NCBI RefSeq assembly: GCF_044704955.1
Contig: NC_091984.1
Coordinates: 136,524,001-136,588,000, forward strand
Origin: Pristiophorus japonicus
Taxonomy: Eukaryota
Direction: 5' to 3'
Length of the DNA: 64,000 nucleotides
Shown: piece by piece, positions 12,752-25,911 of the stretch
Layout of the letters: every line of letters starts with the position of its first letter
Numbering within the stretch: position 1 is the first letter of the stretch
Position numbers and translations under genes: made by a program
Notes under the pieces: model-generated
Seen by the model: the letters and a program-made list of their open reading frames with translations, nothing else
The model's database searches: none
What the model was told of the DNA's origin: nothing

Positions 12752-12909
12752 TTGTACACCGCCTTTAATGCAGTGAAACGTTCCAAGGTGCTTCAGAGGA
12801 GTATTATACTCGACACCGAGCCGCATAAGTAGAAATTAGTGCAGTAAGAGGTATGTTTTACGGAGCGTCTTGAAGGAGGATAGAGAGGTTTAGGCAGGGA
12901 GTTCCAGAG
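12752..12909 (-). repeat. Local duplicate of the L2 fragment at 12162-12327
   Basis: Near-identical to 12162-12327, including deletions that the other L2 copies (25912, 47660) lack. Confidence 0.85.
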
Positions 12910-14449
12910 TACTTAAGGAAGTGGCCCTAGAAATAGTGGATGCATTGGTGATCATTTTCCAACAGTCTATCGACTCTGGATCGGTTCCTATGGACTGGAG
13001 GATAGCTAGTGTAACACCACTTTTTTTAAGAAAGGAGGAAGAGAGAAAACGGGTAATTATAGACCGGTTAGCCTGACATCAGTAGTGGGGAAAATGTTGG
13101 TATCAATTATTAAAGATGAAATAGCAGCACATTTGGAAAGCAATGACGGGATCGGTCCAAGTCAGCATGGATTTATGAAAGGGAAATCATGCTTGACTAA
13201 TCTTCTGGAATTTTTTGAGGATGTAACTAGCAGAGTGGACAAGGGAGAACCAGTGGATGTGGTGTATTTGGACTTTCAAAAGGCTTTTGACAAGGTCCTG
13301 CACAAGAGATTGGTGTGCAAAATCAAAGCACATTGCATTGTGGGTAATGTACTGACGTAGATCGAGAACTGGTTGGCAGACAGGAAACAGAGATTAGGGA
13401 TAAATGGGTCCTTTTCAGAATGGCAGGCAGTGACTAGTGGAGTGCCGCAAGGCTCAGTGCTGGGACACCAGCTCTTTACAATATATATTAATGATTTAGA
13501 TGAAGGAATTGAGTGTAATATCTCCAAGTTTGCAGATGACACTAAACTGGGTGGGGGTGTGAGCTGTGAGGAGGACGCTAAGAGGCTGCAGGGTGACTTG
13601 GACAGGTTAGGTGAGTGGGCAAATGCACAGCAGATGCAGTATAATATGAATAAATGTGAGGTTATCCATTTTGGGGGCAAAAACACGAAGGCAGAATATT
13701 ATCTGAATGGCGGCAGATTAGAAAAAGGGGAGGTGCAACGAGACCTGGATGTCATGATTCATCAGTCATTGAAAGTTGACATGCAGGTACAGCAGGCGGT
13801 GAAGAAGGCAAATGGTATGTTGTCCTTCATAGCTAGGGGATTTGAGTATAGGAGCAGGGATGTCTTACTGCAGTTGTACAGGGCCTTGGTGAGGTCTCAC
13901 CTGGAATATTGTATTCAGTTTTGGTCTCCCAATCTGAGGAAGGACATTCTTGCTGGTGAGGGAGTGCAGCGAAGGTTCACCAGACTGAGTCTAGGGATGG
14001 CTGGACTGACATATGAGGTGAGACTGGATCAACTGAGTCTTTATTCACTGGAGTTTGGCAGGATGAGAGGGGATCTCATAGAAATGTATAAGATTCCAAC
14101 GGGACTGGACAGGTTAGATGCTGGAAGAATGTTCCCGATGTTGGGGAAGTCCAGAACCAGGGAACACAGTCTAAAGATGAGGGGTAAGCCATTTAGGACT
14201 GAGATGAGGAGAAACTTCTTCACTCAGAGAGTTGTTAACCTGTGGAATTTCCTGCTGCAGAGAGTTGTTGATGCCAGATCATTGGATAGGGAGTTAGATA
14301 TGGCCCTTACGGCTAAAGAGATCAAAGGGTATGGAGAGAAAGCAGGAAAGGGGTACTGAGGGAATGATCAGCCATGATCTTATTGAATGGCGGTGCAAGT
14401 TTGAAGGGCCGAATAGCCTACTCCTGCACCTATTTTCTATGTTTCTATG
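12904..14449 (+). mobile_element. 5'-truncated CR1 LINE (RT domain + tail)
   Basis: ORFs 13085-13360 and 13373-14359 share a frame split by one TAG. Motifs are [34 protein letters not shown] and FADDTKL. The tail is ctattttctatgtttctatg. Confidence 0.96.
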
Positions 14450-14494
14450 TATGTCTGCTATATTATATAGTTTCACTTCCAAGTGCTACATCAA

Positions 14495-15195
14495 GGGCCA
14501 AAAATTGTGGTCGGTGGCTTCCTGCGGGCGGACGCCTCCAACCAAAATATTTTTAACGAAAATACCTGGTTGTCCCAGAGGAGTGAAGTCTTGCACAACA
14601 AGGCCTCCATGTGCAGCCCAGCGTCAGGGCCCACGTATTCCAGGAGCATATGTGCAGCCTGGGATCACATGGGCCGGACTAACCAATGAAAATGGCGTAT
14701 CCCCATTCATCGTAATGGTGATCTGTTTGTATGGATATCAGCATTTCTGTGAATGAAGATATCCCCAACAACACACACATTTTAAATTAAGAAAAACACT
14801 TCACATATATTTAAAATGAATTGAAATTGAATTTAATTAAATGTTTGACTTTTTTGAAATATGTTTTAACAGGGATAAAAATAAACTTGCCTTAATGGAC
14901 AGGGTTTTTAATACAAAAATTATTGACCTTTTATTTTTCTATCTTTTAAAACTCTTGTGTTGGAAAAACCAGGCTTTACGCCTGCATTTACCAGGTGTAA
15001 GAGTTTGAAGGACATTTGTTGGGCAAATAGACCAAGGCCCTTCTCCCGGTCTTGCATTGGAACTGTCAAAGGATATTTTGACTAAGAGCTGGATTTAGGC
15101 ACATGCACATTGCACGCAGAGAACCGGCACTTGCAGGGCCTCTACGGGTGCGTGCGTACATCGTACGTGCCCATAGAGACTGTGAATTTTGACCC
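14495..15195 (+). mobile_element. Harbinger-like MITE, family 2 (older)
   Basis: Degenerate TIRs gggccaaaaattgtgg / ctgtgaattttgaccc. It is the reverse-complement homolog of 49916-54271. No clean TSD (caa/aca). Confidence 0.75.
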
Positions 15196-18100
15196 ACAAT
15201 TTGTGCATTTGCAAGTGTCTTTATCTTGTATACTGTACAAAACCTAGGGGAGTGCTTTGTGCAGAAGGTGGGAGGGGGTAGAGTTTCATAGGTAGTATCA
15301 TATCAGATACACCATAACAGGGCTGAAACCTGTTGCTCTACGCTAGGCTCACTGTATAGAGATTTTGACGGTGGATTACTGGAGCTGTCTTGTTATACTG
15401 GCTGCAATCAGTATGTGTTGGAATTGGGGTCTGGAAGGAAATTAATCCGGAGGTCTTGGCATTTCAGTCATCACATCAGAGGTTGAATTGTGGCAAATTT
15501 TGGAATGACTTCCTTGAATGGAGTTGAAGGCAGTGTATTAAAGACAATTAGCATTTGTGATTCTTTGGGCCTAATCCCACAGAGTATATGACAGGTTGTG
15601 ATTGATTTATTATCCATGCTTTTTCTTTTTCCATTGTTTCTCTTTCTACCTAACATTCATCTTTTCTCTTGGTTCTTTTTCATGCACCTGTTGTTTCTCT
15701 ATTTTACACTTATATTTCATCATTAGATCAGTAAATTTATTGAATGAAATTAATGGTGGCAAGCTTTCTTTATCTCAACCAGCTTTTGAATCTGTTGATT
15801 TGGTGGTCCTCAGACTGATTCAGATATTACATAGCTTAAATACTCATCAGTTAGGGTGAAGTGCTGGTTGTTAGAAATTTATCACCAGTGGGACACGATA
15901 ATCTCATTTTCTGATCATTACAGTTTAGAGTGGTTACTAGAAGGCCAAGGAAACTGTAGTCATTGCTTTCATGTCGGCAACTGCATAAGTGTTCAATAAG
16001 ATCACACAAAAATGAAACAAAATAAATAACTAACCTCTTTTTATTGGTGAGGGAGATATGTTGTCTAAGACACGAGGAAAATGTCCTGCGTTTTGCAAAC
16101 TGCAACGGGATTTTTCTTGTGTGTAAACAGACTCCTCTAAAACCATCATCATAGGCAGTCCCTCAGAATCGAGGAAGACTTACTTCTATTCTTAAAATGA
16201 GTTCTCAGGTGGCTGAACAGTCCAATACAAGAACCACAGTCACAGTCTCTGTCACAGGTGAGACAGATAGTTGAGGGAAGGGGCTGGTGGAACTGGTTTG
16301 CCGCACGCTCTTTCCGCTGCCTGCGTTTGGTTTCTGCATGCGCTCAGCGATGAGACTCAAGGTGCTCAGTGCCCTCACATACACTTCCTCCACTTAGGGC
16401 GGTCTTTGGCCAGGGACTCCCAGGTGTCTGTGGGAATGTTGCACTTTTTCAGGGAGGCTTTGAGGGTCTCCTTGTAACGTTTCCTCTGCCCACCTTTGGC
16501 TTGGTTGCCGTGAAGGAGAGCGCTTGCTTTGGGAGTCTCGTGTCTGACATGTGAACAATGTGGCCTGCCCAGCGGAGCTGATAGTGTGGTCAGTGCTTCA
16601 CTGCTGGAGATGTTAGCCTGATGTTGGTGTGCCTGTCCTCCCAGGGGATTTGTCGGATGTTGCGGAGACATCGTTGGTGATATTTCTGCAGCAACTTGGT
16701 GTCTAGTGTACATGATCCATGTCTCTGAGCCATACAAGAGGGCAGATATTAAAACAGCTCTGTCGACCATGAGCTTGGTGGCAGTTTTTTGAGGGCCTGG
16801 TCTTCAAACGCTCTTTTCCTTAGGCGACTGAAGGCTGCACTGGCGCACTGGAGGTGGTGTTGAATCTTGTCGTTGATGCCTGCTCTTGTTGATAGGAGGC
16901 TCCCGAGATATGGGAAGTGGTCCACGGTGTCCAGGGCCATGCCGTGGATCTTGATGACTGGGGGGCAGTGCTGTGCAGTGAAGATAGGCTGGTGGAGGAC
17001 CTTTGTCTTACGGATGTTTAGCGTAAGGCCCATGCTTTTGTACGCCTCAGTAAATACGTCGACAATGTTCTGGAGCGCAGCCTCTGTATGTGCACAGACG
17101 CAGGCATCGTCCGCATATTGTAGCTCAATGACAGAGGTTGTGGTGGTCTTGGATCTAGCCTGGAGACGGCGCAAGTTGAACAGGTTCCCACTGGTTCTGT
17201 AGTTTGGTTCCACTCCAGCAGGGAGCTTGTTGACTGTGGGGTGGAGCATGGCAGCGAGAAAGATTGAGAAGAGGGTTGGGGCGATGACGCAGCCCTGTTT
17301 GACCCTGGTCCGGACGTGAATTGGGTCTGTGATGGATCCGTTGGTAAGGATCACGGCCTGCATGTCGTCGTGGAGCAGGCGGAGGATGGTGATGAACTTT
17401 TGGGGGCATCCGGAACAGAGGAGGACACTCCATAGACCCTCGCGGTTGACCGTGTCAAAGCCCTTTGTAAGGTCGAAGAAGGCCATGTATAAGGGCTGGT
17501 GCTGTTCCCTGCATTTTTCCTGCAGCTGTCACTGCAAAAATCATGTCCATTTTGCCTCGCAGGGGACGAAATCTGCACTGTGACTCTGGGAGGAGCTCCT
17601 CGGCTACGGGAAGAAGACGGTTGAGGAGGACTCTAGCGATGACTTTCCCAGTGGCTGATAGCAGGGAGATTCCTCTGTAGTTCCCACAGTCAGACTTATC
17701 CCCTTTTTTAAAGATGGTCACGATTACTGCAACTCTGAGATCCCCCGGCGTGCTCTGCTCCCTCCAGATGAGCGAGATGAGATTGTGTATTTGCGCCAGC
17801 AGTTTTTCCCCGCCATACTTCAATGCCTGAACAGGGATTCCATCTGCACCCGCAGCCTTGTTGTTTTTAAGCTGTCTTATAGCTTTTTCTACCTCGTGCA
17901 GTGTTGGGGTCTCACTGAGGTGGTAGCGGGTAGCATGCTGCGGGATGGAGTCGAGACCACTCGAGTCAAAGGCAGAGTCTCGATTGGGGAGATCTTCAAA
18001 GTGCTCCTTCCAGCAAACCCTGACTGCCTCGGTGTCCTTGATGAGTGTTTCCCTGTTCTTGGCCAGCAGTGGGGTGGGGCCTTGGGTATTTGGCCCATAG

Positions 18101-18643
18101 GTGGCCTTGACTGCGATGAAGAATCCTCGCACATCATGGTTGTCGGCCAGCTGCTGTATCTCCTGTGCTTTCTTCATCCACCAACTGTTCTTTAGGTCCC
18201 GGGTTTTTTGTTGGACCTCAGCCTTGAGCCGTCTGTAATGCTGTTTTGCTGCTCCCGCATTGCGTTGTTGTTGATGGCTCAGAAATGCCCTGAGCTTTCA
18301 ATCTATTAACTCTTGAATCACCTGATTATTCTCATCAAACCAGTCCTGGTGTTTCCTGGTTGAGTAACTGAGTGCCTCTTTGCAGGCACTGATTATGGAG
18401 GCATGGAGTGCAGACTAAATGCTGTGAGCATTCTGCGCCTCGGGGTTGTCAAGGCACATTAGGTTAGTTGTGAGGTGGTGGCTGTATAGGGCTCTCTTAG
18501 CTGGGTCCTTAAGTGCTCCAGCATTAAAGTTTTTGCGGCACTGCTTCTGCTGCCCCCTTAGGGGCAATGTTGATGTTGATAATGAATCAGATTAGGCAGT
18601 GGTCCGTCCAGCATTCGTCGGCGCCTGTCATGGCGCGGGTGAT

Positions 18644-21217
18644 AACATAAGAACATAAGAATTAAGAACAGGAGTAGGCCATCGAGCCCCTCGAGCCTGT
18701 TCCGCCATTCAACAAGATCATGGCTGATCTGGCCGTGGACTCGGCTCCACTTACCCGCCCGCTCCCCATAACCCTGAATTCCCTTATTGGTTAAAAATCA
18801 ATCTATCTGTGATTTGAATACATTCAATGAGCTAGCCTCAACTGCTTCCTTGGGCAGAGAATTCCACAGATTCACAACCCTCTGGGAGAAGAAATTCCTT
18901 CTCAACTTGGTTTTAAATTGGCTCCTCCGTATTTTGAGGCTGTGCCCCCGAGTTCTAGTCTCTCCGACCAGTGGAAACAACCTCTCTGCCTCTATCTTGT
19001 CTATCCCTTTCATTATTTTAAATGTTTCTAGAAGATCACCCCTCATCCTCCTGGACTCCAACGAGTAAAGACCCCGTCTACTCAATTTATCATCATAAGG
19101 TAACCCCCTCATCTCCAGAATCAGCCTAGTGAATCATCTCTGTACCCCCTCCAAAGCTAGTATATCCTTCCTTAAGTAAAGTGACTAAAACTGCACGCAG
19201 TACTCCAGATGCGGCCTCACCAATACCATGTACAGTTGCTGCAGGACCTCCCTGCTTTTGTACTCCATCCCTCTCGCAATGAAGGCCAACATTCCATTCT
19301 GATTATCCATGGCTGGTTATCCCTTTTCTTGCCGCCCTTTTTCACTGGAATATATTTTTGTTGAGCACTATAAAAGTCCTCCACTGTTCCTCAATTGTGC
19401 CACCGTTTAGTCTGTGTTCCCAGTCTACTTTAGCCAGCTCTGCCCTCATCCCACCTTAGTCCCCTTTGTTTAAGCATAGTACGCTCGTTTGAGACACGAC
19501 TTCCTCACACTCAATCTGTATTACAAATTCAACCATACTGTGACCCCCAATTCCGAAAAGCTCTTTTACTCGGAGATCGTTTATTATTCCTGTCTCATTA
19601 CACAGGACCAGATCGAAGATAGCTTGCTCCCTTGTAGGTTCTGTAACATACTGTTCTAAGAAACAATCCCGTATGCATTCTATAAATTCCCCTCAAGGCT
19701 ACCCCATGTGATTTGATTTGACCAATCGATGTGTAGGTTAAAATCTCCCATGATTACTGCCGTTCCTTTTTCACATGCCTCCTGTATTCCCTTGATTATT
19801 GTCCGCCACACCATGAAGTTATTATTTGGGGCCCTATAAACTACGCCCACCAGTGACTTTTTCCCCTTACTATCTCTAATCTCCACCCACAATGATTCAA
19901 CATTTTGTTCATTAGAGCCAATATCATCACTCACAACTGCCCTGATATCTTCCTTTATTAACAGAGCTACCCCACCTCCTTTCCCTTCTTGTCTATCTTT
20001 CCGAATTGTCAGATATCCCTGCATGTTTAATTCCCAGTCTTGGCCACCCAGCAACCACGTTTCTGTAATGGCCACCAAATCATACCCATTTGTAATGATT
20101 TGTGCCCTCAACTCATTTACTTTATTTTGAATGCTGCGTGCGTTTAGGTAGAGTGTTTTAATACTAGTTTTTAAACCATGATTTTTAGTTTTGACCCCTC
20201 CTGCAGCCCCTTTATAAATTCATACATATTGTCCCTTACTATCACCTTGTGGTTTACACTTAACCCAGTGCTACTCTGCTCTGTTGCCTCCTGCCTATTG
20301 CATTCTTTCTTGGGGTCCTGTTCATCTGAGCTCTCATCCACTCTAACTAGCTCAGAGCCCTCTCCTGGGTTCCGAATACGCCTCGCATTGAGGCACAGAG
20401 CTTTCAGGCTTGCCTTTTTATTACACTTTGACCCTTTAGAATTTTGCTGTACAGTGGTCCTTTTTGTTTTTTGCCTTGGGTTTCTCTGCCCTCCACTTTT
20501 ACTCATCTCCTTTCTGTCTTTTCATTCTGTCTCCATTTTGTTTCCCTCTGTCTCCCTGCATTGGTTCCCATCCCTCTGCCATATTAGTTTAACTCCTTCC
20601 CAACAGCACTGGCAAACACTCCCCGTAGGACATTGGTTCCGGTCCTGCCTAGGTGCAGACCGTCCGATTTGTCCCACCTCCCCCAGAACCGGTTCCAGTG
20701 CCCCAGGAATTTGAATCCCTCCCTGCTGCACCACTGCTCAAGCCACGTATTCATCTGAGCTATCCTGCGATTCCTACTCTGACGAGCACGTGGCACTGGA
20801 AGCAATCCCGAGATTACTACTTTTGAGGTCCTACTTATTAATTTAGCTCCTAGCTCCTTAAATTCGTCTCGTAGGACCTCATCCCTTTTTTTTACCTATA
20901 TCGTTGGTACCAATGTGCACCACGACAACTGGCTGTTCACCCTCCCTTTTCAGAATGTCCTGCACCCGCTCCGAGATATGTTTGACCCTTGCACAAGGGA
21001 GGCAACATACCATCCTGGAGTCTCGGTTGCTGCTGCAGAAATGCCTATCTATTCCCCTTACAATCGAATCCCCTATCACTATCGCTCTCCCACTCTTTTT
21101 CCTGCCCTCCTGTGCAGCAGAGCCAGCCACGGTGCCATGAACTTGGCTGCTGCTGCGCTCCACTGATGAGTCATCCCCCTCAACAGTACTCAAAGCAGTG
21201 TATCTGTTTTGCAGGGG
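18644..21217 (-). mobile_element. CR1 LINE with ~1.4-kb RT deletion and chimeric 5' half, inserted in the RTE
   Basis: The tail is aacataagaacataag, with ORF2 C-terminus to ~19300 joined directly to the post-EN region. EN lies at 19600-20170 and ORF1 esterase at 20580-21210. 'gat' is duplicated at both junctions. Confidence 0.92.
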
Positions 21218-21332
21218 GATGCGCACATCCTTGCGATCCCTGGCTAGGACAATGACATCGTCAAGCAGGTGACAGTGCTTGGAGCGAGGGTGTTGCCACG
21301 ATGCCTTGTATTTGTCCCTCTGGCGGAACAAG

Positions 21333-22888
21333 GGGCCCAAGTTTCCACAAGAAAAAAAACGGGCGCCCCTCCGAGCTGGGCGCCCGTTTTTCGCGCCTAA
21401 AACGGCGCCTAAAAAAATCCTCGGTATTCTCCACCGACTTACAGGTCCTGTGGCACTCGGCGCAGCCGGCACGAGCTGTGGGGGGGCGGAGCCAGGTCCC
21501 TGCGCTGAAAACAGTGCCGGGACCTCTGCACATGCGCGCTACAGTCGGCACGCAAGTGCAGTAGCTCCAGGCGCCGAACTGTGTGGGAGGGGCCCGAAGC
21601 ACGCAGCCCCTAGCCCTGGCCCAATGGCCTCACTGGGGCTGCGTGAATGAGGCTCCTCCCACGGCCAGCTCCTGCTCCCCGCCCGACCAGACCCGACACT
21701 CGCTTCCCCCCCCCCCCGCAGCCGACCAGACCCGACCCGACACCTGCTCCCCCCTGCCCCCGACACCAGAGACCCGCTCCCCCCCCGCCCCGACCGAGAC
21801 CCGAGACCCGCTTCCCCTGGCCCGACACCCGAGACCCGCTCCCCACCGCCCCGACCGAGACCCGAGACCCGCTCCCCTCCCCCGCCCCGACCCGACACCC
21901 GCTCTCCCCCCCCCCTGCCCCGACCCGACACCCGAGACCCGCTCCCCCCCGCCCCGACCCGACACCCGCTCTTCCCTCCCCCCCCCCCCCCCCCAACCCG
22001 ACACCCGCTCCCCGCCCCGACCCGAGGCCCGCTCCTCCCCCCACCCCCGACCCGACACCCGCTCCTGTTCCCCGACCCCCTCTCTCCTCCCTCCCTCCCT
22101 CCTTCCCTTCTTCCCTCCCTCCCTCCTCTCCTTCCCTCCCTCCCTCCTCTCCTTCCCTCCCTCCCTCCTCTCCCTCTCTCCTCCCCCCCTCTCCTCTCCC
22201 TCTTCCCCTCTCCCCTCCCTCTCTCTCTCCCCTCCCTCACCCTCCCTCTCTCCTCTCTCCCNNNNNNNNNNNNNNNNNNNNNNNNNNNNNNNNNNNNNNN
22301 NNNNNNNNNNNNNNNNNNNNNNNNNNNNNNNNNNNNNNNNNNNNNNNNNNNNNNNNNNNNNNNNNNNNNNNNNNNNNNNNNNNNNNNNNNNNNNNNNACG
22401 ACTGCAGAATTCTCCCTGGCTGAAGCACTTTCACACAGGTAGGAAGATGGTTTATTTAATCTTTTCTTGGCTTATAAATGTTTATTCAGGTTGGATTTAT
22501 TTGTATAATATTTGTAGAAGTATAAATAAGGATTTATTGTCGAATTTAATGAGTTCCCTTCCCCCCCCACCTCGTTCTGGACGCCTAATTTGTAACCTGC
22601 GCCTGATTTTTTAATGTGTACAACAGGTTTTTTCAGTTCTACAAAAATCTTCACTGGCGCCATTCTACTTTAGTTTGGAGTACATTTTCACTGTGGAAAC
22701 TTTCAAATCATGCGTCAGTGGCTGGACACGCCCCCTTTTGAAGAAAAAATTCTGTTCTAAACTAGAACTGTTCTACCTGACTAGAACTGCAGAAAAAAAA
22801 AATGTGGAGAATTGCGATTTCTAAAATAGTCCGTTCTCCACCAGGTGCTCCTAAAAATCAGGCGCGAATCATGTGGAAACTTGGGCCC
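21333..22888 (+). mobile_element. Harbinger-like MITE, family 1
   Basis: Perfect 17-bp TIR gggcccaagtttccaca and perfect TSD AAG (21330-21332, 22889-22891). Excision restores the RTE reading frame. Confidence 0.95.
22262..22397. other. Assembly gap (136 N) in the MITE polypyrimidine tract
   Basis: Run of N in the sequence. Confidence 1.
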
Positions 22889-24181
22889 AAGGTGTTGGTG
22901 ATGACAAGTTCGTGCTCTGGACATTTTGTCAGGAGCAGAGTACCACTGGAGTTGGCTTTTCCTACCCCCTCTCTGTCAATCATGCCCCCCCCCAGAGGTC
23001 TGTGTCCTTGCCAACCCTGGCGTTGAAGTCACTGAGGGGGATCAGTTTGTCGCCTGCGGGCTCGCAGGTCAGGGATTTTTCGAGGTTGGTGTAAAAACCC
23101 TCTTTGGCTTCATCTGTTGAATCGAGTGTTGGGGCGTTCGCACTGATGACTGTGACGCACTGGTTCCGGGATTGGGAAAGTTGAAGAGTCATGAGGCGTT
23201 CGTTAGCCCCGCAGGGGGAGTCTTTGAGACGGTCCACCAGCTTGTTTTTGATGGTTAAAAAAAGTTAGTATCAGAAACACACTGTACACCTTTAACCTCA
23301 GTAGCACACTGAAACTGCATCTACGACTCTTGTGTTGCTGATATATAGCACATGAAGTTAACACATGAATCCGTGTCTCCCAGCAACGAGGTCCCCTCCT
23401 GTTTGCCGAGTGTCTGAGATGGCCAAAATGTACAAGTGTCACCTATTTTTTTTTTATCACTCATTTTGAAGGAGCAAGTGTGCAGCCCATGTTTTATTTT
23501 AAATTCTGAAGGACTCAAAAATGGGGTGGCGGGTTGTGTTTGATAGATGAGATTTGAGAGTTGATTTCCCCCCCCCACCTCACCATTTAATTGCTTTATC
23601 TGAATGTAAATGCATCAGCCAAGTGAATATGGCGACAGTGTAGAGGTTGTATGGTCAAGTTCCAGGCTCATTGGTCTTATGAAACCACTGATGCAACTTG
23701 CACTGGCAAGTTGCCTGTTTGATTATTGAACACCACAAAATGTGGATGTGAGTTGTGGCCTTTAACTTGTAGAGGATGTTTATAGTGATTTCTGATGCAG
23801 TTCCCTGTCCATATGTACTTGCAAGGCCAGCTACCAGGACCTGCAACAGACTTAGCAGCCCAGTTTTCAAATGAATACTCCCTACCTTCTCCAAAGACAC
23901 TTGGTGACATAGAATGGTACCTGAAGATATTACCTTGACTGCAGTGTCTCCATTTTTACCACGGGCACAGTTGAGAAGAATTTAGTTCAAATCCACAGCT
24001 CACAGACTTGGTCTCTGTTTAAATTGGTGTGATCTGTTGGAGATAGCAGCGTCTGTAGAAATGGAAGACCCCAGGCCACCAAGAATGAAAGCCAATTTTA
24101 TTACAGTACAGTAACCTTAAAACCTGCAACTGGTATCTGTAAACCTTCAGAGTATGTTGATTCACTGTCTTACTACAGTAA

Positions 24182-24750
24182 TACAGGGCCTTGGTGAGAC
24201 TGCACCTGGAATATTGTGTGCAGTTTTGGTCTCCTTACCTAATAAATTATACTTGCTATATTGGGAGTGCAGCGAAGGTTCACCAGACTGATTCCTGGGA
24301 TGGCAGGACTGTTGTATGAGGAGAGATTGAGTCGACTACGCCTGTATTCACTAGAGTTTAGAAGAATGAGAGGGGATCTCATTGAAACATATAAAATTCT
24401 GACTGGGTTGCATAGACTGGATGCGGGGAGGATGTTTCCCCTGGCTGAGAAGTCTTGAACAAGGGGTCACAGTCTCAGGATACGGGGTAGGAAATTTAGG
24501 ACCGAGATGAGGAGAACATTTTTCACAGGGTGGTGAACCTATGGAATTCTCTACCATAGAAAGCTGTGGAGGCCAAGTCATTGAATATATTTAAGAGGGA
24601 GATAGATAGATAGATTTCTAGAAACAAAAGGCATCAAGGGGTATGGGGAAAAAGCAGGAATATGGTGTTGAGATGGAGGATCACATTGAATGGCGGTGCA
24701 GACTCGAAGGGCTGAATGGCCTACTCATGCTCCTATTTTCTGTGTTGCTA
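24182..24750 (+). mobile_element. 5'-truncated CR1
   Basis: VQRRFTRLIPGMAGL...YSLEFRRMRGDLIETYKI, followed by the CR1 tail ggcctactcatgctcctattttctgtg. Confidence 0.93.
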
Positions 24751-25911
24751 CTTTAAGTATTTTTGTCTTTACTGGGATGAATTCTGGAGTTTGAAATAAA
24801 TATACAGTGTTTGTTTGTCTTGCTTCAAATGATCATCTGCTTCACTGCCCTAAGTTTGAATGATGCCATGCTTCACATGGAATTTTGAAGTTTGCTAAGA
24901 GTTTTTAGTCGATGAGGACGAATTGCAACTGTTACAACTACACAGTAATATGTGTGTGTTTGGTAAAGACAGGGTCAGGCTTTGCTGTGATGTCTATAAT
25001 TATGTAATCTCCTGACACTTTTCAGGAGGAACAAATAGTTTAAGGATGGGACTAAAAGGGACAGGATTATAAAGACAAGTACAGATGATGGATGCAGTTT
25101 GGCCCATCCAACTCATACTTCCATTGAAACCTACAATCCCCTAACATTTGGGGCAACTGCTTCTTGAGTGACTGCAGGTTCTTTGCTTCCACTGTCCTAT
25201 CTGGAGTCCATTTCAGCTATTGTATAATCTTTGTGGAAACAAGTGTTTTCTGAGTGGGTGATGAAGAGCTTTAGTTGCTGGTTTTGCATTGTGGAAACTT
25301 GAGTTCACAGCCAGCATGTGGTGTCTGCTCGTTGTTGAAGTCATATTTAAAATACTTTGGGCAGTCCCAACCCAATTCATATCTGTCATTTTATTGGCAC
25401 TAAATCAAATTGTCAATCATGTGTTTCAGCCCCATCCTTCAAAAGCTGGGCCACAAGTTGGCTGTTGAGGGGAAACTGATAAATGTCACAGCGGTGTGGG
25501 TGGAGAGCCCTTTTGAGATTGGGGCTGAGATATATTGGGGCAGAGTAGAGGGAAGCTTCACTGTGATTCACCTGACTAGAGAGAGCTTGATGTGGGTGCC
25601 CATAATCGCAAGTGTTCTATTTTCCCCCACTTTGATGACACACCCATTCACCAAACAAATGATTTGCGTGTCTCTGTTCACTGCAGTAATGGAACAATTT
25701 TATATGTTGTGCATGCAAGCGATTGGTATTAAGTTACATGCAATGTGAAGTTCCCTTTAAATTGCTTTGACATTTCATCTGATGTATCCTTTTGAGCGCA
25801 AAGCTCTAGAGCACTCTTAGCTTTTGAAGGATGGGGCTGAAACACGTGACTGACAAGCTTTCTGTCTGCCTTGCAATTGAATCTTTTTTTAAACTTAATA
25901 ACTTCTTTCTC

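Larger units (their letters stand above)
16144..23254 (-). mobile_element. RTE-clade LINE split into 16144-18643, 21218-21332 and 22889-23254 by CR1 and MITE insertions
   Basis: It has an (ATG)n tail, RT motifs NYRGISLLS, FFDLTKGFDTV, VKQGCVIAPTLF and LQYADD, and EN motifs SANAPT and DFNARVG. Removing the inserts restores ITNTLFRQ and KDVRI-TRAMTGADECWTDH. Confidence 0.95.
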
